From the NCBI GenBank assembly GCA_050729395.1, contig JBOHLC010000198.1, positions 1 through 50,473 on the forward strand: DNA of 50,473 bases. The letters run 5' to 3'. This DNA comes from Caulobacteraceae bacterium. GTDB lineage: Bacteria > Pseudomonadota > Alphaproteobacteria > Caulobacterales > Caulobacteraceae. A model generated the notes under the pieces. The model was not told the DNA's origin. It did not search any database and was given only the letters and a program-made list of their open reading frames with translations. Shown here one piece after another: positions 19,025-27,820 of the stretch; the first letter of the stretch is position 1; each line of letters begins with the position of its first letter. The position numbers and the translations under genes are program-made.

Positions 19025-19187
19025 TGTGGCGATTCAGAAATTCGCCGGAGGGTGGTGGAGGGAAAATGCGAATTTCCGAATCATCAGCCACACTAGCCAC
19101 TCATTGGTTTCTAGTGTGCTTTTCGGACTTGAAGTTCGTACCGCGCGTGACCCAATGATCAAACGAACTTCAAGTCCGGCACACTAG
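19021..19187. mobile_element. CTAG-bounded double-hairpin palindromic element (MITE/REP-like)
   Basis: Hairpin 1 (19021-19096): CTAGTGTGGC/GCCACACTAG plus a 15-bp inner stem with 1 mismatch. 14-nt spacer. Hairpin 2 (19111-19187): CTAGTGTGC/GCACACTAG plus a perfect 16-bp inner stem. Mobility is inferred. Confidence 0.75.
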
Positions 19188-19188
19188 T

Positions 19189-20187
19189 GTGGCGGCGTCG
19201 CCCGTCCTGTGGTTCCTGGTCGCGGTCGCGCTGGCGTTCGATTTCCTGAACGGGCTGCACGATGCCGCCAACTCCATCGCCACGATCGTCTCGACCAGGG
19301 TTCTGAAGCCGCGCCACGCCGTGGTGTGGGCGGCGTTCTTCAATTTCGTGGCCTTCCTGTTCTTCGGCCTGCACGTGGCCAAGACCATCGGGGCGGGGAT
19401 CGTCTCGGTCGACCTGGTCACCGATAGGCTGATCTTCGGCGCGCTGATGGGCGCGATAACCTGGAACATCATCACCTGGGTGGCCGGCATCCCGTCCTCG
19501 TCGTCCCACGCCCTGGTCGGCGGCCTGGTTGGCGCGGGCCTGGCCAAGGCGGGCCTGAAGGCCATCGTCTGGGACGGCGTCGGCAAGACCGCCGCGGGCA
19601 TCGTCGTCTCGCCGCTGTTCGGCTTCGTCCTGGCGCTGGTCCTGGTGCTGGCGGTCACCTGGCTCTTCTTCCGCTCGCGTCCGGCGGCGGTGGACCGGCT
19701 GTTCCGCTCGCTGCAGTTCGTCTCCGCCTCGCTCTACTCGCTGGGCCACGGCGGCAACGACGCGCAGAAGACAATGGGCATCATCGCGGTGCTGCTCTAC
19801 GCCCACGCGGGCAAGCATGGATCGTTCGGCGTGCCGATCTGGGTGGTGCTGGCCTGCCAGGCGGCCATGGCGCTGGGGACCCTTCTCGGCGGTTGGCGAA
19901 TTGTACACACTATGGGCGCCAGGATCACCCGGCTCAGCCCGCAGCAGGGCTTCTGCGCCGAAACGGGCGGGGCGATCACCCTGTTCACGGCGACCTATCT
20001 GGGAGTGCCGGTGTCGACCACCCACACCATCACCGGAGCCATCGTCGGGGTCGGCGCGGCCAGGCGCACCTCGGCCGTCCGCTGGGGCGTGGCCCGGCGG
20101 ATCGTCGTCGCCTGGATCGTGACCATGCCCATGGCCGGTCTGATCGGCGCGGCGATCTACCACATCAGCGCCGGGCTCCTGGCATGA
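19189..20187 (+). CDS. pit: Inorganic phosphate transporter, PiT family
   Basis: NGLHDAANSIAT, GIPSSSSHAL, HGGNDAQKTMG and PVSTTHTITGAI motifs. Confidence 0.96.
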   Translation: MAASPVLWFLVAVALAFDFLNGLHDAANSIATIVSTRVLKPRHAVVWAAFFNFVAFLFFGLHVAKTIGAGIVSVDLVTDRLIFGALMGAITWNIITWVAGIPSSSSHALVGGLVGAGLAKAGLKAIVWDGVGKTAAGIVVSPLFGFVLALVLVLAVTWLFFRSRPAAVDRLFRSLQFVSASLYSLGHGGNDAQKTMGIIAVLLYAHAGKHGSFGVPIWVVLACQAAMALGTLLGGWRIVHTMGARITRLSPQQGFCAETGGAITLFTATYLGVPVSTTHTITGAIVGVGAARRTSAVRWGVARRIVVAWIVTMPMAGLIGAAIYHISAGLLA

Positions 20188-20687
20188 AGGCGGCGAAGTC
20201 GGTCGGCATCCAGTACGCGGCGCTGCCATTCCGCATCGAGGCGGGCCACGTGCAGATCCTGCTGATCACCTCGCGGACCACCCATCGTTGGGTCATCCCC
20301 AAGGGCTGGCCGATCCGAGGGCTGAAGCCGCAGGAAGCCGCGGCGGTGGAAGCGGCCGAGGAGGCGGGAGTCGTCGGCGAGGTCGTCGGCCCCCCGATCG
20401 GCTCCTACAAATACATGAAGCAGCTGAAGGACGAGCGCACGGCCGCGGTCCAGGTGATCGTCTTCCCATTCCTCGCCCAGGCCCATTCCGAGGCGTGGAA
20501 GGAACAGGGCCAGCGCATCTTCCGCTGGTTCCGCTACCGCAAGGCGGCGAGCCTGGTGGCCGAACCGGGCCTCCGGCGCCTGATCCGCGATCTCGGCGTC
20601 GCCCATTCGCCCGGCCTGCTGGCCCGTGGCCTCAGGACCTACCAGTCCTGGCGCATGACCGTGCGCGCCGGCCACGCGCTGAGCTAA
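20184..20687 (+). CDS. Nudix hydrolase (DIPP/Ap6A-hydrolase-like)
   Basis: LLITSR...RWVIPKGW and Nudix box EAAAVEAAEEAGV. ATGA overlap with pit. Confidence 0.9.
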   Translation: MKAAKSVGIQYAALPFRIEAGHVQILLITSRTTHRWVIPKGWPIRGLKPQEAAAVEAAEEAGVVGEVVGPPIGSYKYMKQLKDERTAAVQVIVFPFLAQAHSEAWKEQGQRIFRWFRYRKAASLVAEPGLRRLIRDLGVAHSPGLLARGLRTYQSWRMTVRAGHALS

Positions 20688-22384
20688 CGGCCGGGCGCGG
20701 GCGCGAGGGCGCCGCGGGCGCCGACGGTGCGCCCGACCGGGTCGATGAGGACGCCGGGGTTCATCACGCCAGCAGGATCGAGCGAGGCCTTGGCGGCGGC
20801 CAGGGCGGCGCGGAACAGAGGCGAGGACTGGCGCTCATAGCCGGCGCGATGATCGCGACCGACGGCGTGGTGGTGGGTCACGGTTCCGCCGAGGTCGACG
20901 ACGATCTCGTTGGTCGCCTGCTTGATCGCCCGCCACTTGGTCAGGGACTCGGCCAGGTCGCCGTCGGTCGAGCCGAGCGCGGAGTAGGAGAAATAGGGCG
21001 CCGGACCGTCCGGGTAGATGTGGGTGAAGCGGCAGGAGACGCTCGCCTGGTGGCCGCAGATCCCGGCGATGGCGGCGGCGGTGCGCTCGCGCGCGCCCTC
21101 GTAGAGGGCCTCGAAGCGATCCCAGGTGACGGCCGTCTCGAAGGTGTCGCCGATCAGGCCAAGCGCGATCGACAGATTGCGCCGGTAGGGCATGCGGATG
21201 AAGGCCTCGCGCCAGCGGCCGGCGGGGCCCTGGCGGTGTTCGGCGCTCGCGCCCCCGGGGGCAAGCGAGCTGGCGACCGCCTCGGCCTCGAACACTCCGC
21301 CGTGGTCGGCCGTAAGCTCCAGCGCGCGGGCCATCCATGCGGCCAGCGGATGGTCGGCGGATTCGAAGCCCAGGACCAGGATGGCCGAAGCGCCGTCGCC
21401 GACGCCATTGGCCAGGGACTCGGCCGGATCGAGGAGGCGGCAGTTGGTGGGGAAGAGGGCCGATTGCGACAGGGCCCGCACGGCGGCGACCGCCGCGGTC
21501 ATGCCGGGGAAGGCGACGCTGGCCGAGGCCTGATGGGTGGGGCGATCCTGCAGCCGCATCCAGGCCTCGACGATCACCCCGAGCGTCCCCTCCGAACCGA
21601 TGACCATCCGGTCTGGCGAGGGACCGGCGCCGGAGCCCGGCAGGCGGCGCGTCTCCATCACCCCAGCCGGCGTGACCGTGCGCGTCGACTCCACGAAATC
21701 GTCGATGTGGGTATAGAGCGAGGCGTAGTGGCCGCCGCTGCGCGTGGCGATCCAGCCTCCGAGGGTCGAGTGCTGCAGGCTCTGCGGGAAGTGGCGCAGG
21801 GTCAGGCCGTGGGGCTTCAGCTCCGCCTCGAGCTCGGGGCCCAGGGCCCCGGCCTGGATGCGGGCGGCGCGGCTGACGCGGTCGATCTCGACCACCTTGT
21901 GCAGATATTGCAGGTCGATCGAGACGGCCCCGGCGTAGGTCTCGCCGACGTCCGGCTCGACGCCGCCGGCGACGCTCGAGCCGCCGCCGAATGGGATGGC
22001 CGCGACATTGGCCCGCGAGGCCCAGTCGAGGAGGGCGGCCACGTCCTCCTCGGACCTGGGGAAGGCGACGAGATCCGGCGGATGGGGCGCGGCGCGCAGG
22101 AACAGGCGGGCGATATCGGCGAACGATTTGCCGAAGGTGTGGGTGAGCCGGTCGTAGGCCGTCGCCGAGACCATTCCGGCCAGGGCGGCGGGAGGGGCGA
22201 TGCGCGCCGGCGGCAGATCGAAATCGCTTTCGCGCGGAGCTGCCACTTCATGGGCGGCAGCGCCCAGGCTGGCGGCCGAGGCGCGCACGGCGGCCTCTTC
22301 CTCGGGCGCCAGATGGTCGTCGGCGTAGCCCCAGCCCCAGAAGCGCAGTCTAGGACGGCGGGACAGGGTGGCGAATTCGGCCAT
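20684..22384 (-). CDS. FAD-linked oxidase, alkyl-DHAP synthase (AgpS)-like
   Basis: FWGWG N-terminus, IPFGGGSSVAGG, RHFPQS..STLGGWIATRSGG, GSEGTLG, TFETA and THHHAVG motifs. Confidence 0.88.
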   Translation of the reverse strand: MAEFATLSRRPRLRFWGWGYADDHLAPEEEAAVRASAASLGAAAHEVAAPRESDFDLPPARIAPPAALAGMVSATAYDRLTHTFGKSFADIARLFLRAAPHPPDLVAFPRSEEDVAALLDWASRANVAAIPFGGGSSVAGGVEPDVGETYAGAVSIDLQYLHKVVEIDRVSRAARIQAGALGPELEAELKPHGLTLRHFPQSLQHSTLGGWIATRSGGHYASLYTHIDDFVESTRTVTPAGVMETRRLPGSGAGPSPDRMVIGSEGTLGVIVEAWMRLQDRPTHQASASVAFPGMTAAVAAVRALSQSALFPTNCRLLDPAESLANGVGDGASAILVLGFESADHPLAAWMARALELTADHGGVFEAEAVASSLAPGGASAEHRQGPAGRWREAFIRMPYRRNLSIALGLIGDTFETAVTWDRFEALYEGARERTAAAIAGICGHQASVSCRFTHIYPDGPAPYFSYSALGSTDGDLAESLTKWRAIKQATNEIVVDLGGTVTHHHAVGRDHRAGYERQSSPLFRAALAAAKASLDPAGVMNPGVLIDPVGRTVGARGALAPAPGR

Positions 22385-22419
22385 GGCGCTCGGCTCCGGG
22401 TGTGGCGCGGGATCGCCCG

Positions 22420-22941
22420 TCAGCCAGCCGGTGGCTGGCCCCCGGCGAGGAAGTCCATCTTGCCGAGGGGAACGCCCTGGGCGCGCAGGAGGGCATAGGC
22501 CGTGGTCACGTGGAACAGGAAGTTGGCCAGGGAAAACTGCATCAGGAAGTCCGGCGCGGTGAAGGTCAGCGTCCGGCCCGGAAAGGGCAGCTCGATCGTC
22601 GCCGCGTGGCGGGCGTCCACCTGATCCTTCCCGATCGTGTCGAGGAAGGCGATGGTCCTGGCGATGCGCTCCTTCAGCTCGGGAAAGGTGGTTTCGGTGT
22701 CCGCCATCGAGGGCGCCTCGACGCCGGCGAGCCGGGCCGCGCCGCTCTTGGCCGTGTCGCTGGCCAGCTGAACCTGGCGGGTGAAGGGGTGCATGTCCGG
22801 CGCGAGACGAGCCTCGGTGAAGGTTTTCAGATCGGCGCCCGCGGTCGCGGCGTGGGCCCCGGCCTTGTCGAGGAAGCTGGAAAGGTTCTGAAGGCCTCGG
22901 CGATAGGTCGGGATGGAAATATCATAGAGGGAAAGGGACAC
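22420..22941 (-). CDS. DUF1993 family protein
   Basis: SLYDISIP, ARLAPDMHPFTRQVQLASD and NFLFHVTTAYALLRAQGVPLGKMDFL motifs; GTG start with GGAG RBS. Confidence 0.9.
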   Translation of the reverse strand: MSLSLYDISIPTYRRGLQNLSSFLDKAGAHAATAGADLKTFTEARLAPDMHPFTRQVQLASDTAKSGAARLAGVEAPSMADTETTFPELKERIARTIAFLDTIGKDQVDARHAATIELPFPGRTLTFTAPDFLMQFSLANFLFHVTTAYALLRAQGVPLGKMDFLAGGQPPAG

Positions 22942-23077
22942 GTGACGATCTCCAACGGGGCAGGGGACTCCGCAGATAGGATGGAGGATCAAGCCGCGCC
23001 ATGGGGCCTTTAACCGCAATTCACTGGCGCGCGAACATGGCGGGCGCCTAGTCTCCGGCGGGTAAGCCGGAGGCGCC

Positions 23078-23866
23078 ATGCGCACGATCCTTCTCGGCCT
23101 GCTGCTGGCCTGCGCCTCGCCGGCGCTTGCCGCGACGGCGCCGGCCGAGCCGGTGGAAGTGATGATCGTCGGCGATTTCCACATGGCCAATCCCGGTCGC
23201 GACCTGCACAACGTCCAGGTTCCCGATGTGCTGACGCCCAAATACCAGGCCCAGATCGCAGCCGTGGACGCGGCCCTGGCCCATTTCCATCCGACCGTCG
23301 TCGCCGCGGAATGGAGCGCGAAGACGGTGGACGAGCGCTATCCGAAATATCTCGCCGGGACCCTGGCCCCCTCGCCCAACGAGGTGGTGCAGCTCGGCTT
23401 TCGCCTGGCCAGGGCGACGGGAGCGTCGATGCACGGCATCGATGTCCAGGGCGCGTTTCCCTACGAAGCGGTCGAGGCTTACGCCAAGGCACATGGCGAA
23501 GAGCCGGTCCTCGATGCGGCCGGGGCGAAAATCCAGGCCATGGTCGACACCTTGACCAGGTTGATCGACACGCGTGGCGTGGTGGCGACCCTCCGCTACC
23601 TCAACGACCCGGCGCGGCTGGCCAAGGACAACGACTTTTATCGAGACATGCTGAAGATCGGCGGTGGCGAGGATCAGCCGGGCGCGGCGCTGCTCACCGC
23701 CTGGTACGGGCGCAACTTCCGCATCTGCGCCAATCTCATTCAGCTGGCCAGGCCGGGCGATCGGATGGTGGTGTTCTACGGCTCGGGCCACGCCTTCCTG
23801 CTGCGCCAGTGCGTGGCCGAGACGCCCGGATTCAAACTTGTCGAGCCCGACACCTGGCTGAAATAG
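23078..23866 (+). CDS. Secreted DUF5694-like protein
   Basis: Signal peptide, VMIVGDFHMANPGRD, NEVVQLGFRLA, WYGRN.RI.ANL and VVFYGSGH motifs; GGAGG RBS. Confidence 0.75.
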   Translation: MRTILLGLLLACASPALAATAPAEPVEVMIVGDFHMANPGRDLHNVQVPDVLTPKYQAQIAAVDAALAHFHPTVVAAEWSAKTVDERYPKYLAGTLAPSPNEVVQLGFRLARATGASMHGIDVQGAFPYEAVEAYAKAHGEEPVLDAAGAKIQAMVDTLTRLIDTRGVVATLRYLNDPARLAKDNDFYRDMLKIGGGEDQPGAALLTAWYGRNFRICANLIQLARPGDRMVVFYGSGHAFLLRQCVAETPGFKLVEPDTWLK

Positions 23867-23906
23867 GCCGGGGCGCGGGGCAAACTTGCCTCGCGCGGCC
23901 CGGGAC

Positions 23907-23931
23907 CCCTAGATTGCCGATGCATCTAGGG
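23907..23931. promoter_or_regulatory. Inverted repeat immediately upstream of the HTH-like gene
   Basis: CCCTAGAT-N9-ATCTAGGG, ending 5 nt before the ATG at 23937. Confidence 0.4.
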
Positions 23932-23936
23932 CAGGC

Positions 23937-24827
23937 ATGACTGATCGCTTCACATCCATCGCCGAGATCGGCTGGCCAGCCTTGCGCCGGCACCCTGATT
24001 TCCGCGCCGCCGTAGAGCGCAACGCGGCGGGCATCGTGGCCCAGAAGGACCGGCTGAGCCCGGTGGCGCGCTGGCTGACCAATGATCTGGGGCGGACCGC
24101 CGTGCTGTCGCGGCTGCTGTTCCACACCGCGCGTGAGGGCGCGGTGACCGCCTCCGACCTGATCGCCGCGACGCGCAGCCGGCACACCTCGAGCATCGGG
24201 CGAGTGCTGCAGGTCCTGCGGTGCGCCGAAGCTGCCGGATGGATCCGGGTTGGGGACGGGGAGGGAGACTGGAGCACAAGGCCGCTGATCGCCCAGCCGG
24301 CGTTCATGGATCTGTGGCGCGAGCGGGCGCTGATCGAGATCGATTCGGCGAGCCTGGTAGCGCCGCGGATCCAGCCTGCGCTGGAGCTGATCGAGAGCGA
24401 TGCCGGACTGCTGGGCTTTCTCGGCCATCTCGCCCGCTTCGACGGCATAGCGCCGGACGCGCGCGGGCCGCCCAATCCCTCGATCCGCCTGTTCCTGGAG
24501 CACGAAGGCGGGCTGACCACGCTCTATGACCTTATTGGCCGCCAGGATCCGGACCGCGTGTCGCTGCTGGAGGCGGCGCCGTTCTCGCGCCGGCGGCTCG
24601 CGACGCGGTTCAATGTCTCGCGAACCCACGTGGCGCGCCTGTTCGCAGCGGCGGCGGCGGCCGGCCATCTGTCGCTGGCGACGCGAAGCCGAGTGGTGTT
24701 CAGCAAGGCGATGTCAGACGAGGCGGAGCGCCACTTCGCCCTGACCTTCCACGCGATCGCCACCAGCGCCATGGCGGCGCTGGAGGACGCGAAGCCCGCG
24801 AGGCGCAATACGGCGGCTGGTCTCTAG
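23937..24827 (+). CDS. Hypothetical protein with probable helix-turn-helix region(s)
   Basis: 296-aa ORF with C-terminal SRRRLATRFNVSRTHVARLF..A.AAGHL and a similar N-terminal segment SIGRVLQVLRCAEAAGWI. Confidence 0.7.
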   Translation: MTDRFTSIAEIGWPALRRHPDFRAAVERNAAGIVAQKDRLSPVARWLTNDLGRTAVLSRLLFHTAREGAVTASDLIAATRSRHTSSIGRVLQVLRCAEAAGWIRVGDGEGDWSTRPLIAQPAFMDLWRERALIEIDSASLVAPRIQPALELIESDAGLLGFLGHLARFDGIAPDARGPPNPSIRLFLEHEGGLTTLYDLIGRQDPDRVSLLEAAPFSRRRLATRFNVSRTHVARLFAAAAAAGHLSLATRSRVVFSKAMSDEAERHFALTFHAIATSAMAALEDAKPARRNTAAGL

Positions 24828-27697
24828 AACTCCACGCCGAAGCCGCCGCCTACGGTCACCCGGTGCTGGGTGTCGAACGAGGCGCTGAGCTTGATCGTGG
24901 TGTTCTGGTCCATCCGCCGCGAAAGGCCGAAGGCCAGGGCGGCCTCGTCCGCTCTGACTCCGAAGCCGAGGCCGACCATGCTTTTTCCGGGCGTCGTCGC
25001 CTGGGGAATATTGGCCATGGCGGCGTCGCCGGCGATGCCGGCCGCCTCCTGGCGCGCGATGCTGGTCAGCTGGGCGAGATCGACCGCGTCCGCGGGAAGA
25101 ATTCCGGGCGCGACATTTTCGATGCGGCGCGGGTCCATGGGGGTCCCGACCGAGACGGTGTTCGGCTCCGAAGCAACCGAGCCTGAGCCGAGGGCCACGG
25201 AATTGGCCGCCATCGCCTGAGCCCCCTGGCCGACGGCCACGCTGGACGCTCCGACCGCCGAGCTGCCCTGGCCGAGGGCGAGCGAACCTGAGCCAACCGC
25301 GGAGGCGCCCGGACCATAGGCCGAACTGTTCTCGCCGCTGGCGACCGCACCCGTGCCGTAGGCGGCGCTACTGGGCCCGCTTGCCACGCTGGCGTAGCCG
25401 GTTGAGGTGCTGCCATCGCCGCTGGCCACGCTCAGTTGGCCGGTGGCAGTGCTGTTGGCCCCGCTGGCGAGGCTCGAATCCCCCGTGGCCGTGCTGGAAT
25501 AGCCGCTGGCCGTAGCGCCCGGACCGGTGGCGGTTGCGAGATCGCCGCTGGCGACCGCTCCCGCGCCGTAGGCGGTGCTCATCGTTCCGCTGGCGGTGCT
25601 CCCATACCCCGTCGCCGTGGCATAGGTTCCGCTGGCCGTGCTCGCCACGCCGGTGGCAGTGGCATAGTCTCCGTTCGCGGTGCTCGCGTAACCCGCCGCC
25701 GTGCTGTCGAAGCCGCCGGCAGTGCTCGCCACACCGGTCGCCGTGCCAAAGTCGCCGCTCGCTGTGCTCGCGTAGCCCGCCGCCGTGCTGTCGAAGCCAC
25801 TGGCGGTGCTGCTCACGCCGGTCGCCGTGCCATAGTCGCCGCTGGCGGTGCTCGCGTAACCCGCCGCCGTGCTCTCGAGGCCGCTGGCCGTGCTCGCCAC
25901 GCCGGTCGACGTGGCGTAGCCGCCGCTGGCGGTGCTCGCATAACCGGCCGCCGTGCTGTCGAAGCCACTGGCGGTGCTCGCTACGCCGCTCGCAGTGCCA
26001 AAGTCGCCGCTGGCGGTGCTCGTATAGCCCGCCGCCGTGCTGTCGAAACCCCCGGCCGTGCTACTGCCGCCGGTCGCCGTGCTGTAATCTCCGCTGGCCG
26101 TGCTTTCGTACCCCGCCGCTGTGCTGTTGACGCCGCTGGCCGTGCTGACGGCGCCGGTCGCCGTGGCGAAGGTCCCGCTGGCCGTGCTGGCCGAACCGGT
26201 CGCCGTACCGTCGGTTCCACTTGCTGTGCTGCTTACGCCCGCGGCGGTGCTGAAGTCGCCGCTCGCCGTGCTGTAGATGCCAGTCGCCGTGCCGTAGACG
26301 CCGCTGGCGGTGCTGCCATAGCCGGCCGCGGTTCCGCCGAGGCCGCTGGCCGTGCTCGCCACCCCGGTCGCCGTGCCGTAGTCTCCGCTCGCCTTGCTGC
26401 CGGCGCCGGTCGCGGTGGTGTCGAAGCCGCTGGCCGTGCTGAGCGCGCCGGTTGCCGTGCCGTAGTCTCCACTCGCCGTGCTGGCGTAGCCCGCGGCACT
26501 GCTGTCGAAGCCGCTGGCCGTGCTGTAGGCCCCCGTCGCCGTGCTGTACGCTCCGCTGGCGGTGCTGTAGGCGCCCAGGGCGACGCTGTCGGTCCCGGAC
26601 GCCGTGGCCCCCGTGCCGAGCGCGGTCGCGGGGTCACCGCTGGCCGTGGCCCCGGCGCCGATGGCGACGCCGCCGGTCTGGCTGGCGCTGGCTCCTTCGC
26701 CGAGCGCAATGGAATCGGCCGCGCCGGCCGAGGCGCCGTTGCCGATGGCGATGGCGGTAATCCCGCCGGCGGTGCTGGCTTCGCCGAGCGGGTCTCCGGC
26801 CCCCGCGCCGGAGAGCGCTCCGCCGCCGAGGGTGATGCCTTGCGAATAGGTGGTTCCGTTGGTGTCACCGAGCCAGATGGCGCCGTTATCGGCAGAGATG
26901 CCCATGGCCGAGTTGATGCCTGCGTCGGCCGTGATCGTGCCGGCGAACTCTGTGGCGCATTGCGGCAGCCCGCCCGGCTGGTCGGCGGCGGCGTAGGGAT
27001 TGGTCGGCGTGAAGCCATCAATGCTGTCGGTCAGGTTCTGGGCCGCATTGGTCTCATTCAACGAAGCCTCGGAATAGGACAGGGCCCCTGTGATGCCGCC
27101 GGGGCTGGAGATGTTGGCGAGGCCAGCGACTCCAGCCTCATCGGAAGCTGAATAGCCACTCGTTCCAGAAAAGTTCGGTGTGATCGACACGGTATTGGTG
27201 TCGTAGGCGTAGGCCTCCGCGACGGCTTGCGAAGTTATCGACCCCACCTGCGGAATGATCGCCACAACATTGGCGGCCGCGATGGGGATGCTGTCAACGC
27301 CAGCCTCCGCGAGGTCTACAATTGAGCCAATGCCTTGAATGATGTCCGACGCCGCATCGAATGATGTGGCCGCGATGGAGGCGGCGATCGAGTTGTGTGT
27401 CTGGGCGTTGGCCATGCCGGTGAGGGTATTGGCGGTGTTGACATCCTGATTGATGATCGCGGTGTACTGGCCGGTGCAGGTTCCGGCGCCGCCGAAGGTT
27501 GTCAGGCTGGGCTCCTGAGCGCCGCCGACGATCGGCGCGACTGTTGGCGTGCCGGGCGCGCTGGCCAGCGGTCCCGCCGCCCAGGCGATGGACAGGGGTG
27601 AGACGGTCATGAGCAAGGCCGCCAGGGCGACGGACGCCCCGCGTCCGGCGCCTGAATGGCGCCGCGCGCGGCCAGACGAAGGCGTTCCAATTGGCAT
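24824..27697 (-). CDS. Trimeric autotransporter adhesin (YadA-like)
   Basis: Long signal peptide, dozens of 14-aa head repeats, neck NTVSVG...RRIENVAPG...DAV, and a C-terminal anchor ending GGGFGVEF. Start uncertain (27715/27697). Confidence 0.92.
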   Translation of the reverse strand: MPIGTPSSGRARRHSGAGRGASVALAALLMTVSPLSIAWAAGPLASAPGTPTVAPIVGGAQEPSLTTFGGAGTCTGQYTAIINQDVNTANTLTGMANAQTHNSIAASIAATSFDAASDIIQGIGSIVDLAEAGVDSIPIAAANVVAIIPQVGSITSQAVAEAYAYDTNTVSITPNFSGTSGYSASDEAGVAGLANISSPGGITGALSYSEASLNETNAAQNLTDSIDGFTPTNPYAAADQPGGLPQCATEFAGTITADAGINSAMGISADNGAIWLGDTNGTTYSQGITLGGGALSGAGAGDPLGEASTAGGITAIAIGNGASAGAADSIALGEGASASQTGGVAIGAGATASGDPATALGTGATASGTDSVALGAYSTASGAYSTATGAYSTASGFDSSAAGYASTASGDYGTATGALSTASGFDTTATGAGSKASGDYGTATGVASTASGLGGTAAGYGSTASGVYGTATGIYSTASGDFSTAAGVSSTASGTDGTATGSASTASGTFATATGAVSTASGVNSTAAGYESTASGDYSTATGGSSTAGGFDSTAAGYTSTASGDFGTASGVASTASGFDSTAAGYASTASGGYATSTGVASTASGLESTAAGYASTASGDYGTATGVSSTASGFDSTAAGYASTASGDFGTATGVASTAGGFDSTAAGYASTANGDYATATGVASTASGTYATATGYGSTASGTMSTAYGAGAVASGDLATATGPGATASGYSSTATGDSSLASGANSTATGQLSVASGDGSTSTGYASVASGPSSAAYGTGAVASGENSSAYGPGASAVGSGSLALGQGSSAVGASSVAVGQGAQAMAANSVALGSGSVASEPNTVSVGTPMDPRRIENVAPGILPADAVDLAQLTSIARQEAAGIAGDAAMANIPQATTPGKSMVGLGFGVRADEAALAFGLSRRMDQNTTIKLSASFDTQHRVTVGGGFGVEF
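25170..26770 (-). repeat. Degenerate 42-bp (14-aa) tandem coding repeats of the adhesin head
   Basis: Recurring STASG-x-x-(S/G/A)TA(A/T)G unit in the translation; boundaries approximate. Confidence 0.9.
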
Positions 27698-27820
27698 GGC
27701 TTGGCTCCCCAGCATCGCCGATGGCCATGCGCCAGACGGTCACGCGCGCTGAGGCCCTTTGAGCTTGCTAGTCTTGCCGCGCCGCCTTGGGCACTGAACA
27801 TTTTTGAACGGAGGGCAGGC

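Noticed and set aside
19021..19187. CRISPR mini-array
   Set aside because: The repeats are inverted pairs forming long hairpins, not direct repeats with unique spacers, and no cas genes are present.
25170..26770. CRISPR array, non-coding satellite or bona fide ice nucleation protein
   Set aside because: The repeats are in-frame 14-aa units inside a protein with a YadA neck and anchor. InaZ-type proteins have 8/16/48-aa periodicity and no such anchor.
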